Assembly: GCF_009914755.1 (NCBI RefSeq)
Contig: NC_060935.1
Source of the DNA: the human T2T-CHM13v2.0 reference genome, Homo sapiens
Direction: 5' to 3' (one strand)
Length of the DNA: 64,000 bases
Positions within the stretch are counted from its first letter, which is position 1. Each line of letters opens with the position of its first letter. Under the pieces are notes generated by a model. It saw nothing but the letters and a program-made list of their open reading frames with translations. It did no database searches and had not been told where the DNA came from. This document shows positions 1 through 15,470 of the stretch, piece after piece. Both the position numbers and the translations under genes were made by a program.

Positions 1-300
1 ATATTTATGTCCTTTCATTTACTTACCTTGGCTTTTATTTACTGTTCTTGTTCTAGCTTCTTAAGGTGAAGGCTCAGATGCCTGCTTGTAAATATTTATT
101 TTAAATGTAAGCTTTTATAGCTATACATGTTACTTTAAGTACTGTTTTGATCACACCTCAAACATTTTGGTGTTTTTTGTTATTGCTGAGTTCTAAATAT
201 TTGCTTATTTACATTATACTTTTTTCTTTGATTCATAGGTTCACTAAATATTTATTGGCATGCTTCCCAATATTTGAAGCATACTCTAGATATATTTATG
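1..300 (-). mobile_element. Ancient L1M fragment (paralog at about 31500-32000)
   Basis: T-rich antisense L1 ORF2-like text such as 'ttctagcttcttaaggtgaagg' and 'ttatagctata...tttaagtactgtttt'. Confidence 0.55.
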
Positions 301-329
301 AGTTATTTATTTATACAAAGGAAATTATT

Positions 330-505
330 TCAAAATTTAGTGATTCAAACAATATGTACTCATTCTCAATTTCTGTAGGTCAGGAAACTAAGGATGGCTT
401 AGGTTCCCATCCTTCAAGGTCTCTCACAAAACTGTAATCAAGGTGATGGTTGGGGCTACCATCTCATATGAAAGCTTGGCTGAGGAAGCATCCTCTTCCA
501 CTCTG
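330..505. mobile_element. MLT-type LTR fragment (paralog at about 32030-32215)
   Basis: 'ttctgtaggtcaggaaact...tctctcaca...gtaatcaaggtg...ggggct...catctc' is typical of old MLT LTRs. Confidence 0.5.
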
Positions 506-1019
506 GTATTGGGATATAGGTCATATTTTTATATTAGTTCTTCATCTTGGAATCATAATTTAGACCACAGTATCGTTGATCATATCTGATAGTTCTGCAG
601 AATAAAAATATTTTCGTGCATGTTTTAACACTTACCAGTAAGACAGCACAGCACGTATAGACATGCTCTTTGAATTTTAGCAGTAATACATATTACATTT
701 GGGGTGATGTGTTTAAACCATTTACTAGCTAAGTTGAAAATGACTAACTTTTAGTGTAGCCTGTTATGTGATAAAGACCTTAACTATCTCAGATAGGTAT
801 TTATGGGACTCTTTAAGACTCTTATGACACAAAGATCAAACATTTAGCTCAACATATGATGAGATGAAGGTGTTCAATAGATCCAATGGTAAGCCAAGTC
901 ATGGAAATAACAGTGGAAGCCCTTAAATACTGCTTCCTTGTTGGAAATAAAAATTTCTTTATTGTAGAAACAGTTATTGGATTGATATTAGAATATAATT
1001 AAAATATTGAGTTAATGGA

Positions 1020-1231
1020 TGTATTAGTCCGTTTTCACACTGCTGATAATGACATGCCCAAGACTGGGAAGAAATAGAGGTTTAATTAGACTTACACTTC
1101 CACAGGGCTTGAAAGGCCTCAGAGTCATGGTGGGAGGTGCAAGGCACTTCTTACATGGCAGTGGCAAGAGAAAAATGAGGAAGATACAGTTCAAGTTGAG
1201 ATTTGGGTGGGGACACAGCCAAACCATATCA
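1020..1231 (-). mobile_element. THE1-type MaLR solo LTR with internal deletion
   Basis: Termini tgtattagtcc...aaaccatatca, 5-bp TSD ATGGA (1015-1019 and 1232-1236), only 212 bp long. Empty site in the unit B paralog ('gaattaatggactatagatc', about 16061). Confidence 0.92.
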
Positions 1232-4200
1232 ATGGACTACTGATCATTATGGTTATATCTGACTTAGATACAGGTCTTGATCAAAAGCCTCAAAAGCCTG
1301 TACTCTAACTAAAACTGCAGCACTATGATTACCTATTTTTCCATGAATCAGAATGTCAACTTCCGTTCTTAGGCTCTCTGCCTCTGAGCCTCGGGGCTTC
1401 TTGGGCACAGACTTTCTAACAGGAAGGGTAAGGCCCTCCTCACCGGGAGCATTTTTAGCAAAGAGAACCTGGGGCTGGTTCTCCTTTAATTCTGGCTGAA
1501 ATATTACTTGCCTTACCTAAATATTTCATAACATGCATCTCATAACTTATTATTCAATTCACTTTAAAATTATTCTTTTCATATTGCAGGCATTTCACAT
1601 TACTTGTCATTTAGCTACTTTTCCTTAGCAAGAACCAAATCTTTTTCCTCTAGGAATTTTGTAAGAAAAAAGTATACAGAGAGTTTATTTCATTTGAAGT
1701 TGTTCCAAATATTCTAACTAATCTATAGTGACGTTACTCTCTCTTTCTAAAATATTGTTGATGTAAAGGTTATAGACTGTGTCTACAGACATAAATGGAA
1801 GAATTATTTTTCTGATAGAGCAGCCCAGGAGATATCAAAAAAGTTAAATTTCTGCCCAAGGTAGAGTATGTCTTCAGTTGGTATCTAGTCCTCTAGGTGT
1901 AATATTTTCTTGCAATGTCTACCATTGCTTGTAAAAATGAGTGAAAGTTCTCAATTTCCTGGGATGAGATTGGGGAGATATAGAGACATGCTTTTACTTA
2001 GGAAAGAAGTGGTCTTAGGGATATGCTAGTTGAATGACTGAAAGACTGAAGAGTTTGGCTTCTGCCTGTGGGAAGCTCTGTCACTGGATTCTCCATGAAG
2101 TTAAATCTCAGCATTGTCCTTGTTACGTACAAAGCTTAATAGCTGGGCACATGAATGTTATAAATCCTCAATGACAGTAAAGTACCTGTGGTTGCTTCAC
2201 TATAATTGAGAAAATATTCAAGTAACAAATATAAGTGTTGCTACTTGTGTCATATAAAAGGGTGTTGTCCAGGTTAATTTCCACTAATTAGTTCCACTTT
2301 TACATAGTCAAGCAGAGACAGTCTCTTTGTTTTTCTTCGAAGGCATTTTCCAGCACGTGAGAATATTCAATTACCTTTCACAGTAAATATTGTCGTTATC
2401 TTAAAGCATTATTATAGTTTGGTCATCTGCTTTGGATAGTGCTATACTTCTCTAAAGACTAAGATAATGAGAAGCCTGCATGGAACTGTGGAAACTGTAG
2501 CCACTAGGAACTAGTTCTATATCCATGGATCAGCCACGTATATTCCTGTGTTTCATGAGGACACATAGAGGCATGAGGTATCTATGGCAATCCTCAGTGA
2601 AAGAAGCATTGCTTTTCTGGACCAAGATGTGAGTATTTGAAACCATTGACAAGAGATAATTCATTAAAAATTCCTGTGATATGTTGAAATGTAGCTAATA
2701 TCTTAAAAACCAATGGTTTTATTTGATAAATTCTAATTGGAAAAATTAAGCTAGCACACATGGAAATTTATCAATGTATACAATGTATATTTGATTTTAA
2801 TATACAGCCTATTTGTATGTTTCCATTTGTCAAATAAGAAGAAAAACATGTTCCATATTACACCTAATAATAAATGAATCAATAGATGTGTAATCTTAGT
2901 GTTTGTGATATTATATTTTATATGATATATTAATAAATGTGTACAATTACTTTCAGATATATTTGATTAGAGAATTTAAAATTCTGGATCATGTCAAGTT
3001 TGTTGAAGTGTAAATGAACAAATGTCTGTTATGTTCTGGAAGCATAATACAGGATTTTACTTATGAATCTAAAAATTATTTCAGCAAACATACTAATGGA
3101 TACCTATGGTCAGGAAGGTACCTAGTCAGCTGTCATTTAAATAGATTTATAAAACTGTGACTGTGAAACATAATATTATAGATGTTTTTGTGTTATTACA
3201 GAATTTTATCTTTTGAAAATGGCATGAACTCAGGAAATTATATTAGATCATTTTTTCTAGAAAATTGTTAACTTAGCAGTTTACATTGAAAGCCTAGTAA
3301 TGCTATGTTTCAGCTTTTAAAGTATTATGTTTTTAACTATTTAAACTATAAAGGATAATTTTATACCCTAGTTTTACAAGTAAACATTTAAATTCCCAAA
3401 TAGAATTTTCCTGTTGAATGTAGTTTTGATGGTGAAAGGGGGAAAACACACTAAACTTTGCAGCAAGCAAGATGTAAAAAAAAAAACCAGAATTCGCTAT
3501 AGGCTACATTATTCTCTTGTGTTCTTCAGCATGTGCATCTCTATAAGTCTATAGCTTCAACAGTGCCAGAACGCTTTGTCAGCTGGAAGTGGTAACATGA
3601 ATGAGACATGTGGAAAGTGCATCACAGCTGGCTTCTAGAGACAGCTCAGACTCTCTCTGCACACGTCCTCTTCCACTGCCAGATTTATGTAAATGGAATC
3701 ATCCTGTCTACATTCGAGGTTTAGTAATTCTGCAGTTTTCCTCAGCAGTGAATAATCACAAAGTCTGGGTTTTTATCTCAACTTGTCCCATTGTTCTCTA
3801 TAATTTAAGTTTGTCTTTAACCATCAGATGGAGAGACTTTGATAAATCAATGTGTTTTGTTTTTCTTCTGAGTTTTCTTTTCTTTTCTTTTTGGTGTTTA
3901 TTAGGATTTGCTCTGTGTTTGTTTGGCTACCCCAAGAAGCCTCTTGAGTCTCCTCAGGGACCACAGCGGGTTGTGCTTCCAGTATTTCCTCACTCTCTGA
4001 AGATTTTTAGAAGAACACTAGACTCAGTTATCACATTAATTTTTATCTTCTTATTACCCATGGACATTAAGTTATTTATTGTAATTACTCTGTTTTCCGA
4101 TTTGATCACTTTTTCTTTCATTTTTTTAACCATTTAGCTCTCTGTCTGATGATGGGTCCAAATTTTCTACTATAATTCTGCCTGATATTGTCAAGATACT

Positions 4201-4376
4201 TTCCATCACAGATAAAATCACTACTCATACATAATTAAATGGATAATACCTAAGACATAAAATTATATTGTGTCCCCAAAAGCTTTTCCTGAATTATATG
4301 TGTCTTCTATTATTTTTTCCTCTGGACTATGCCTATAAATCTTTTCAAATTGACAAAGATGCAGATGATTTGTTTT

Positions 4377-4858
4377 TTTTTTAATTATACTTTAAGTTTT
4401 AGGGTACATGTGCACAACGTGCAGGTTTGTTACATATGTATACATGTGCCATGTTGGTGTGCTGCACCCATTAACTTGCCATTTAACATTAGGTATATCT
4501 CCTAATGCTATCCTTCCCCCCTCCCCCACCCCACAACAGGCCCCAGTGTGTGATGTTCCCCTTCCTGTGTCCATGTGTTCTCATTGTTCAATTCCCACCT
4601 ATGAGTGAGAACATGCAGTGTTTGGTTTTTTGTCCTTGCGATAGTTTGCTGAGAATGATGGTTTCCAGTTTCATCCATGTCCCTACAAAAGACATGAACT
4701 CATCATTTTTTATGGCTGCATAGTATTCCATGGTGTATATGTGCCACATTTTTTTTTAATCCAGTCTATCATTGTTGGACATTTGGGTTGGTTCCAAGTC
4801 TTTGCTATTGTGAATAGTGCCACAATAAACATAGATGTGCATGTGTCTTTATAGCAGC
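4377..4858 (-). mobile_element. 5'-truncated L1PA4-like 3' end
   Basis: L1 3' UTR with 'catttaacattagg'. 12-bp TSD atgatttgtttt (4365-4376 and 4859-4870). Empty site in the unit C paralog near 37305. Confidence 0.93.
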
Positions 4859-4914
4859 ATGATTTGTTTTGATCCAGTGTTCACAGTGAAGCATTCAGGA
4901 ACACAAGTATTAGC

Positions 4915-5125
4915 TGTCTTTTACTGGGCCTTTACCAGGTGCCAGCCAGTGTTCTAGGAAACTTTACTTTGTTGTAATAAAAGAACTCTAGATGTTTCAA
5001 ATGAAAATGAGGCAAAGAGCAGTTTAGTAAGTGGCCCAAAATCATATAGTAAGTGGTGAAACTGGGCTTGTAGCTGAGGCAGTGTGGCTCCTTTGTCCCC
5101 ATTATTCGCCACATGCTACACTTTG
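4915..5125 (-). mobile_element. MIR SINE (paralogs at about 19300-19540 and 37365-37570)
   Basis: MIR core 'gaggca(c/a)agag...agtaagtggccca...agtaagtggtgaa'. Confidence 0.7.
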
Positions 5126-6475
5126 TTTCCAAGGATTTCTTGAATCTTAAATAGGCACATATTGAGTGGGAAACTTGTAGTCATAATTTACTCACTCTAA
5201 TCATGAAACATCTACCACTGACTACCGTTATTCATGTAACAGTTATGAGCTTGGAAATTGCTATTTAATTATAAATATATGAAAAATGAAAGAGTCAGCA
5301 GAATATAATAAGGGAGGGGTGCACTAATAGTTTTGTAGGTGGTTGACTGGAAACGATTCTCAGTTCATCTAATTCAATCACATTGTTTTCCAGTGAGCAA
5401 ACTGAGACAGACATGTAAATTCATTCAGAAAATGACTCAAATTGATGTCTTCTTACAGTGAACGTGGACTTTCTCTTTCAGTATGCTTTTTTTGGAATCT
5501 GGACACTAAGGTTCTATTTTTGAATACTCTTGGTATCTAAATAGTGTTAAAAATAAAACAGTGTCCTCTGTTCTGTACCTTTTTGTACGGTGTTTATTTT
5601 CTCCTCTCTCACTATCTAGTTCACCCCAAGAAATCAGAAAAAAAACTCACAGCTAATGTGGCAGTTGGTGATAGCCATCAGTTAGTTTTCTTGAGTTCAA
5701 AATTTGTTGGTGAAAATCAGGATACTGTATGTAAATATGATTAAAAAATTGTGGAATAGGCAAGAATAAGATGCAGAGATGTGCAGCTCCTTATAAGGCA
5801 ACAGAGGGTCAGACCAAGTAATTGCTACAGGGAATAATGTGATAAATAATATTTTGCTATTTATTCAGGTTAATGTCCAGTCTCTTGACATTTAATGAGG
5901 TGTTCATAAAGACTGAACATCTTTCGAGGCATGAAGGACTGAATGTGTGACTGTGGAATGCCACAGTACTGAGTGAGATATTTCAGAAGATATTACTTTT
6001 GATGCTACACAGATCATAAAGATACTACAAGAACTACAAACTCAAAGCACTGAATATACACGAATTTATTTATTTAGAATCTATTACCACCATGAGAAAG
6101 TAACATTCTTGAGACCAATAATCTGTTGCCTATTCATCATAGCTGACTTCTGTGCCAAGAAATATGTTTTAGATAAGGAGTTATGAAATATATGAATGGC
6201 TGTTGGGCATTTAACTCTTCTTCTGTACAGAATATTCACTAAAACTTAGAGGCAGAAGCTGTTAACTGTAGGCTGAAACGAAAATCTTTGAGGAGATGAG
6301 GAACTCAATAGAGACTTACAAAATGTTTATCATGTGTGTAAATCACTATTGAAGATACAATGATGAAGAAGTGCTCTGTGACATCGTGGATGTGTTCATA
6401 TTCCTGTTCAGTATTTTGTTACAGGTCCTGTTCTCCTGAGCTCTTTACTCTGATACAAGCCTCAGAGAATAGAAA

Positions 6476-7388
6476 ATGAGACTGAGTAGCGATGTTACAG
6501 CATTTGTCCTCCTAGGCCTTACTCAGGATCCTGATGTGTAAAATGCATTATTTGTCGTACATTTACTCACATACATTATGACTATGGTGGGGAACCTGCC
6601 CATTGTGGTGACTATTATTGCCACCCCCACCTTAGGCTCCCCAGTGTACTTCTTCATTGTCTGCTTGTCATTTATAGATGTTGTGTATTCCACCACCATT
6701 CCTCCCAAATTGATTGTAAGCTATCTCCATGATAAAAAGACTATTTCCTTCCGAGCTTGCATGGGTCAGCCCTTTTATAGACCACTTAGTTGGTGGTGCT
6801 GAGGCCTTCATTCTGTTGGTGATGGCCTATAATCACTATGTAGCCATCTGTAAGCCACTGCACTATTTCACCATCATGAATTGACAGGTTTGCATCCTTC
6901 TGTTGGTGGTGGCTGTCACTGCGGGTTTTGTGCATTCTGTGTTTCAAATTTTAGTTGCGTACAGTCTCCTTTTCTGTGGTCCCAATATCATTGACCACTT
7001 TTTCTGTGACATGTACCCATTATTGGAACTGGCACACACTGACACCTACTTTATAGGCCTCACTGTTGTTGCCAATGGTGGAGGAATCTGTATGGTCTTG
7101 TTCATCCTTCTACTAATCTCCTGTGGGGTCATCCTAATCTCCCTTAAAACTTATAGTCAGGAAGGGAGGCATAAAGCCCTGTCTACCTGCAGCTCCCACA
7201 TTACCGTGGTTGTCCTGTTTTTTGTTCCCTGTATTTTCCTGTATGTTAGACCTGTTTCAAACTTTCCTATTAATAAATTCAATACTGTGTTTTATACAGT
7301 TATCACACCCATGTTGAATCCATTAATATACACATTGAGAAACTGAGAGATGAAAAATGCTATAGGAAACCTCTGGTGTAAATATTAA
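6476..7388 (+). pseudogene. OR4A-family olfactory receptor pseudogene (unit A)
   Basis: ATG at 6476 (MRLSSDVTAFVLLGLTQDPDV*) with TAA at 6539-6541, a frameshift near 6770, TGA near 6882 and TGA at 7344-7346. MAYDRY has become MAYNHY; KALSTCSSH and [12 protein letters not shown] are retained. Possibly OR4A7P by position (unverified). Confidence 0.93.
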
Positions 7389-8211
7389 CTCTAGATAGAA
7401 TAAGAGGGTACATTTTCATGTAGGTACAGGGTAATGCAGGTAAAGCCTTTCCAGCGAGTTTGTTAGACCTGTAATGGCAATTCAGGGATCCTAGATTGGG
7501 AAAGCGGGATTCAGGAGTTCCCAGGTCAGTTAACATCTTGTCCCATCATGAGCTCAATTTGACATCCAGGATGTCAAATTCTATATCCAGAGTGAGTGTT
7601 GACAAAGCTCTTGGGGTACAATTTCCAATGCACAGCTCTTTTATTCTGGTTCTCTATTTTCAGGTCTATGGACTAGAGACAGGGTTTTTCTTTCTCATTC
7701 TCAGCATACAATGGAGGAAGAGAGGAGTAAATAACCAAAAATAGACACTACTGTTTACAAGAAAATGCTAAGGTGCTTCCTTCAATGCAATTTCCTAAAA
7801 AACATTGTAATATTTCTGTGTTTTTTAAATTGTCATTTAAAACACTATACAAGAGCCACACTCACAAATATCTTTGCAACTGACTCTTCTTGGGTTGGAG
7901 CTGAGAGTCCGTGTGTGTGCAGTGGGATAATTACCATAGGAGTCTTAGAATTATTTTTGTTTCATTGGTAGGATTTATGAAACACACTTTAAAATCTTTC
8001 TGAAGTCTTCTCAAAGGACCTTCCATTGACAACTTTGATATGACTTTTATTTCTGACACTTAAAGCATGTGGCATTGTCTTTAATATTAGAAGCTAGGTG
8101 ACATTATTAACATTGAGAGTCTTTAGATCTTTGGAGAGACTGGAAAGGGAAACCAGTTTTATTTTTGGAACCAGCAAGTTTGGGCTGTTTTCTTTTTCTT
8201 TCTTTTTTTTA

Positions 8212-8308
8212 ATTTTAGTAGTATATTTTATTTAACCCAATATATCTTAAATATTTTGATTTCAATAAGTATTCAGTATAGAAATTATTAAGATTCTGTA
8301 CATTCTTT
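8212..8308. mobile_element. MER3/MER33-like hAT-Charlie fragment
   Basis: 'tatattttatttaacccaatatatc...aatatt...atttcaa' matches the recalled MER3/MER33 core. Confidence 0.6.
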
Positions 8309-8310
8309 AG

Positions 8311-11856
<3,546 letters not shown>

Positions 11857-14800
11857 TTTTGATATATTGTGTCATTATTGTTGTTCAGTTCAATGAATTT
11901 TTTAATTTCCATCTTGATTTTGTTTTTGTGGCAATGCTCATTCAGGAGCACGTTTTTAAATTATAATGCATTTGCATGGTTTCAAAGGCTCCTTTTTGTG
12001 TTGATTTCCAGTTTTGTTCCACTGTGATCTGAGAGAGTGCTTGATATAATTTCAGTTTCCTTAAATTTATCAAGGCTCATTTTATGGTCTATCTTATGGT
12101 CTGTCTTGGAGAAAGTTCTGTGTGCTGCTGAATCGAAAGTGTCTTCTGTGGTTGTTGGATGAAATGTTCTGTATATATCATCTGCTAATCCCATTTGTTC
12201 CCAGGTATAGTTTACATCCATTGCTTCTTTGTAGACTTTCTGTTGATGACCTGTCCAGTACTGTCATTGGAATATTCAAGACTCCCACTATTATTGTGTT
12301 GCTGCCTATGTCATTTCTTAGGTCTATTAGTAATTGTTTTATAAATTTGAGAGTTCCAGTGTTAGGTGCACATATATTTAGGATTGTGATATTTTCCTGT
12401 TGGACAAGTTGCTTTACCATTATATAATGTCCTGCTTTGTCTCTTTTATCTGCTGTTGCTTTAAAGTTTGTCTGATATAAGCATAGCTACCCCTGCTTGC
12501 TTTCTTTTGGTGCCCATTTGCATGACATGCCTTTTTCCGCATCTTTACTTTTATTTTATGTGAGTCCTTATGTGTTAAGTGAGTCTCCTGAAGGCAGCAG
12601 ATGGTTGGTGAGTTCTTATCCATTCGGCAGTTCTGTATCTTTTAAGTGAAGCATTTAGGCCAGTTACATTCAATGTTAATATTGAAATGACAGCACCATC
12701 ACATTCATTGTGCTCTTTGTTGCCTGTGTACTTTGGTTCTTTTGTTTTTGCTTTTTAACGTATTTTTGTTTTACAGGTCCTGTGTGATTTATGCTTTAAA
12801 GAGTTTCTGTTTTTTGGTGTTTTCAGGTTTGTTCCAGGATTTCAAGCTCCTTTTAGCAGTTCTTGTAGTGGTGGCTTGGTAATGGCAAACTCTTTCAGGA
12901 TTCGTTTGGCTGAAAAAGACTGTCTTTCCTTGATACATGATGCTTAGTTTTTCTGGATACAAAATTTTTGGTCGATAATTGTTTTCTTTGGGGAGGCTGA
13001 AGATAGAGCTCCAATCCCTTCCGCATTGTAGGGTTTCTGCTGAGAAATCTGCTCTTAATCTGATAGGTTTTTCTGTATAGGTTACCTGGAGCTTCTGTCT
13101 CACAGCTCTTAAGATTCTTTCCTTTGTCTTAACTTTGGATAACCTGGTGACAATGTGCTTAGGCCAAGACCTCCTTGTGAGATGAATTTCCTGGTGTTCT
13201 TTTTGCTTCTTGTACTTGGATGTCTAGGTCTCTAGCAAGGCTGGGGAAGTTTTCCTCTATTATTTTCCCAAAGATGTTTCCCAAGTTTTTAGAATTTTCT
13301 TTTTCCTCAGGAACACTGATTATTATTTGGTTTGGCCATTTAATGAAGTTCAAGACTTCTTGGGGGCTTTGCTCATATTTTCTTATTCATTTTTCTTTGT
13401 CTCAGTTGGATTAGGTTAATTCAAACACCTTGTCTTCGAGCTCTGAATTTCTTTCTTCTACTTGTTCAATTCTATTTCTGAGTATTTCTAGAGCATTTTA
13501 CATTTTTAACAGTGTGTCCAAAGTTTCCTGAATTTTTGAATGTTTTTTTCTTTAAGCTATATATTTCTTTGAATATTTCTCCATTCACTTCTTGTATCCC
13601 ATTTTGGATTTCCTTGCATTGGGCTTCACCTTTCTCTGGTCCCTCCCTAATTTGCTTAATAACTAACCTCCTGAATTCTTTTTCAGGAAAATCAGGGATT
13701 TCTTCTTGGTTTGGATTAATTGCTGGTGAACTAGTGTGATTTTTTGGGGGTGTTGAAGATCCTTGTTTTCTCATATTACCAGGGTTGGTTTTCTGGTTCC
13801 TTCTCATTGGCGTAAGCTCTGCCAGATGGAAGGTCTAGGGCTGGAGGCCGTCATTCAGAATTTTTTTTGTCCCAGGAGGTGTTCCCTTGATGTAGTATTT
13901 TTCACGTTTTCCTGTGGATGTTGCTTCTTGTGAGCCAATCTACAGTGATGTTTGTCTCTCATCTGGGTGTAGCCACCCAGAGAGTCTACCCTGCTCTGGG
14001 CTTGCACTGAGGTTGTCTGCAGAGTTGTGTGAATGAACCATCTATGGATCTCTCAGCCATGGATACCAGCGCCTGTTCCAGTGGAGGTGGCGGAGGGTGC
14101 AATGGACTCCATAGGGCTCCTTAGATTTGGTGGTTTAATGCTCTATTTTTGTGCTTGTTGGCCTCTGCCAGGAGGTGGCACTTTCCAGAAAGCATCAGCT
14201 GTAGTATTGTGGAAAGGGAAAGGCTGTGGGTGAGGCCCTAGAACTCCCAAGATTATATGCCCTTTGTCTTCCGCTACCAGTGTGGATAGGGAAGGACCAT
14301 CATTTGGGGGTGGGGCTAGGCATGTCTGAGCTCAGACTCTCCTTTGGTGGGTCTGGCTGTGGCTGCTGTGGGGGATGGGTGTGATATTCTGAGGTCATTG
14401 GTTTGTGTACCTAGGAAGATTATGGGTGCCTCTGCTGAGTCCTGCAGGATGTCAGGGAAGTGTGGGAAAGCAAGCAGTCATGGGCCTCACCCAGTTCCCA
14501 TGCAAACAGAAGGAGAGGTCTCACTCACACCGTGTCCCCCATAGTAATCTGAGTCTGTTTCTAGGTGGAGGGCAAGTAGGGCTTGAAAACTTGCCCAAGG
14601 CTTTCTGTCTCTCAGGTGTGGAAAAAAAGGGATTTATTTCTTCCCTGACCTGTGAAGTCTGCATACCAGATTTGAGCCCTCCCCCGAGTTCTGGCCAGGA
14701 GGTTTCTCATCCCATTCAAATAGTTACAAAGTTCAGCTTGAGAAGTCCTTCTCTCTGGGGAGTTTCACTGCTTGCTCCTCTGGCCACCCTCCTGATGGAT

Positions 14801-15220
14801 CCCTGTGGTGCCAGACAGGAATGGGCTGCTTGGGGATCCAGTGAGCCCCCAGGGCCTTTCTGCTGTTTCCTCTACCCCTGTATTTTTCTTGGCTTGGCTC
14901 TCTAACTTGACTCAGCTCCAGGTAAAGTCAGGAATTTCTCCTGCAAACCGACCTTCAGCTTCTCTAGTGCAGGTGTGTGTTCGGGAGAGGAGGGTCTCCG
15001 TTTCCCACTTCTCCAATTACGGCACTCACAGTATTTGAGGTGTCTCCTGGGTCCTGCAGGAGCAGTCTGCTTCTTTCAGAGGGTTTGTGGGTCCTCTCAG
15101 GATGACTGGTGTGTTGTTGTAGTCATTCTGGAGCTAAAATTCACAGTGCAAGCCTCCGTAAGCTGCTCTTTCCAGAGCTGCAATCTAGTCCTGCCTCCTA
15201 TCCACCATGATCCCTGAAAT
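11857..15220 (-). mobile_element. 5' half of an older L1PB-like element (5' UTR, ORF1, endonuclease)
   Basis: ORF1 start MRRNQKTNPGNMRKQGSSTPPKNHTSSP (13472-13807) and EN fragments (ICCLQETHL, LSDHSG). On the minus strand the 5' end reads 'gatcatggtggataggaggcaggactagattgcagctc'. Confidence 0.88.
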
Positions 15221-15257
15221 CCTCAGTATTAAAAATACCTGGCAGTACCTAACATGC

Positions 15258-15470
15258 TGATATAGTTTGGCTTTGCCTGTGCCCAAATCTCATATTGAAT
15301 TGTAGTCCCCATTATCCCCATGTGTTGTGGAAGGAACTAGGTGGAGGGTATTTGAATTATGAGGTGGTTTCCCCCATGTTGTTCTCTTGATCATGAGTGA
15401 GTTCTAATGAGATCTGATGGTTTCATAAGTGTCTGTCATTTCTCCTGCTGTCGCTTCTTCTCCCTCCTGC
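15258..15470 (+). mobile_element. THE1D-like LTR, 3'-truncated by deletion
   Basis: Starts tgatatagtttggc and corresponds to the longer copies at 44538 and 53675. Confidence 0.85.

Larger units (their letters stand above)
1..8190 (+). repeat. Segmental duplication unit A (L1M/MLT flank, upstream module, OR pseudogene)
   Basis: Colinear with 31709-40520 and 15560-22550. For example 'catcttgga(a/g)tcata' recurs near 543, 15588, 32286, 45204 and 54329. Confidence 0.9.

Noticed and set aside
2500-2532. Short palindromes (aactagtt, atccatggat) recurring in the modules
   Set aside because: Too short and not consistently preserved; recurrence is explained by segmental duplication.
3601-4137. 178-aa ORF upstream of the unit A pseudogene
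   Set aside because: No recognisable domain, hydrophobicity comes from T-rich DNA, and the frame is broken in paralogs (only short pieces at 18330 and 36803).
13860-15217. GC-richer region with several ORFs
   Set aside because: It is the L1PB 5' UTR, not a gene or CpG-island promoter.
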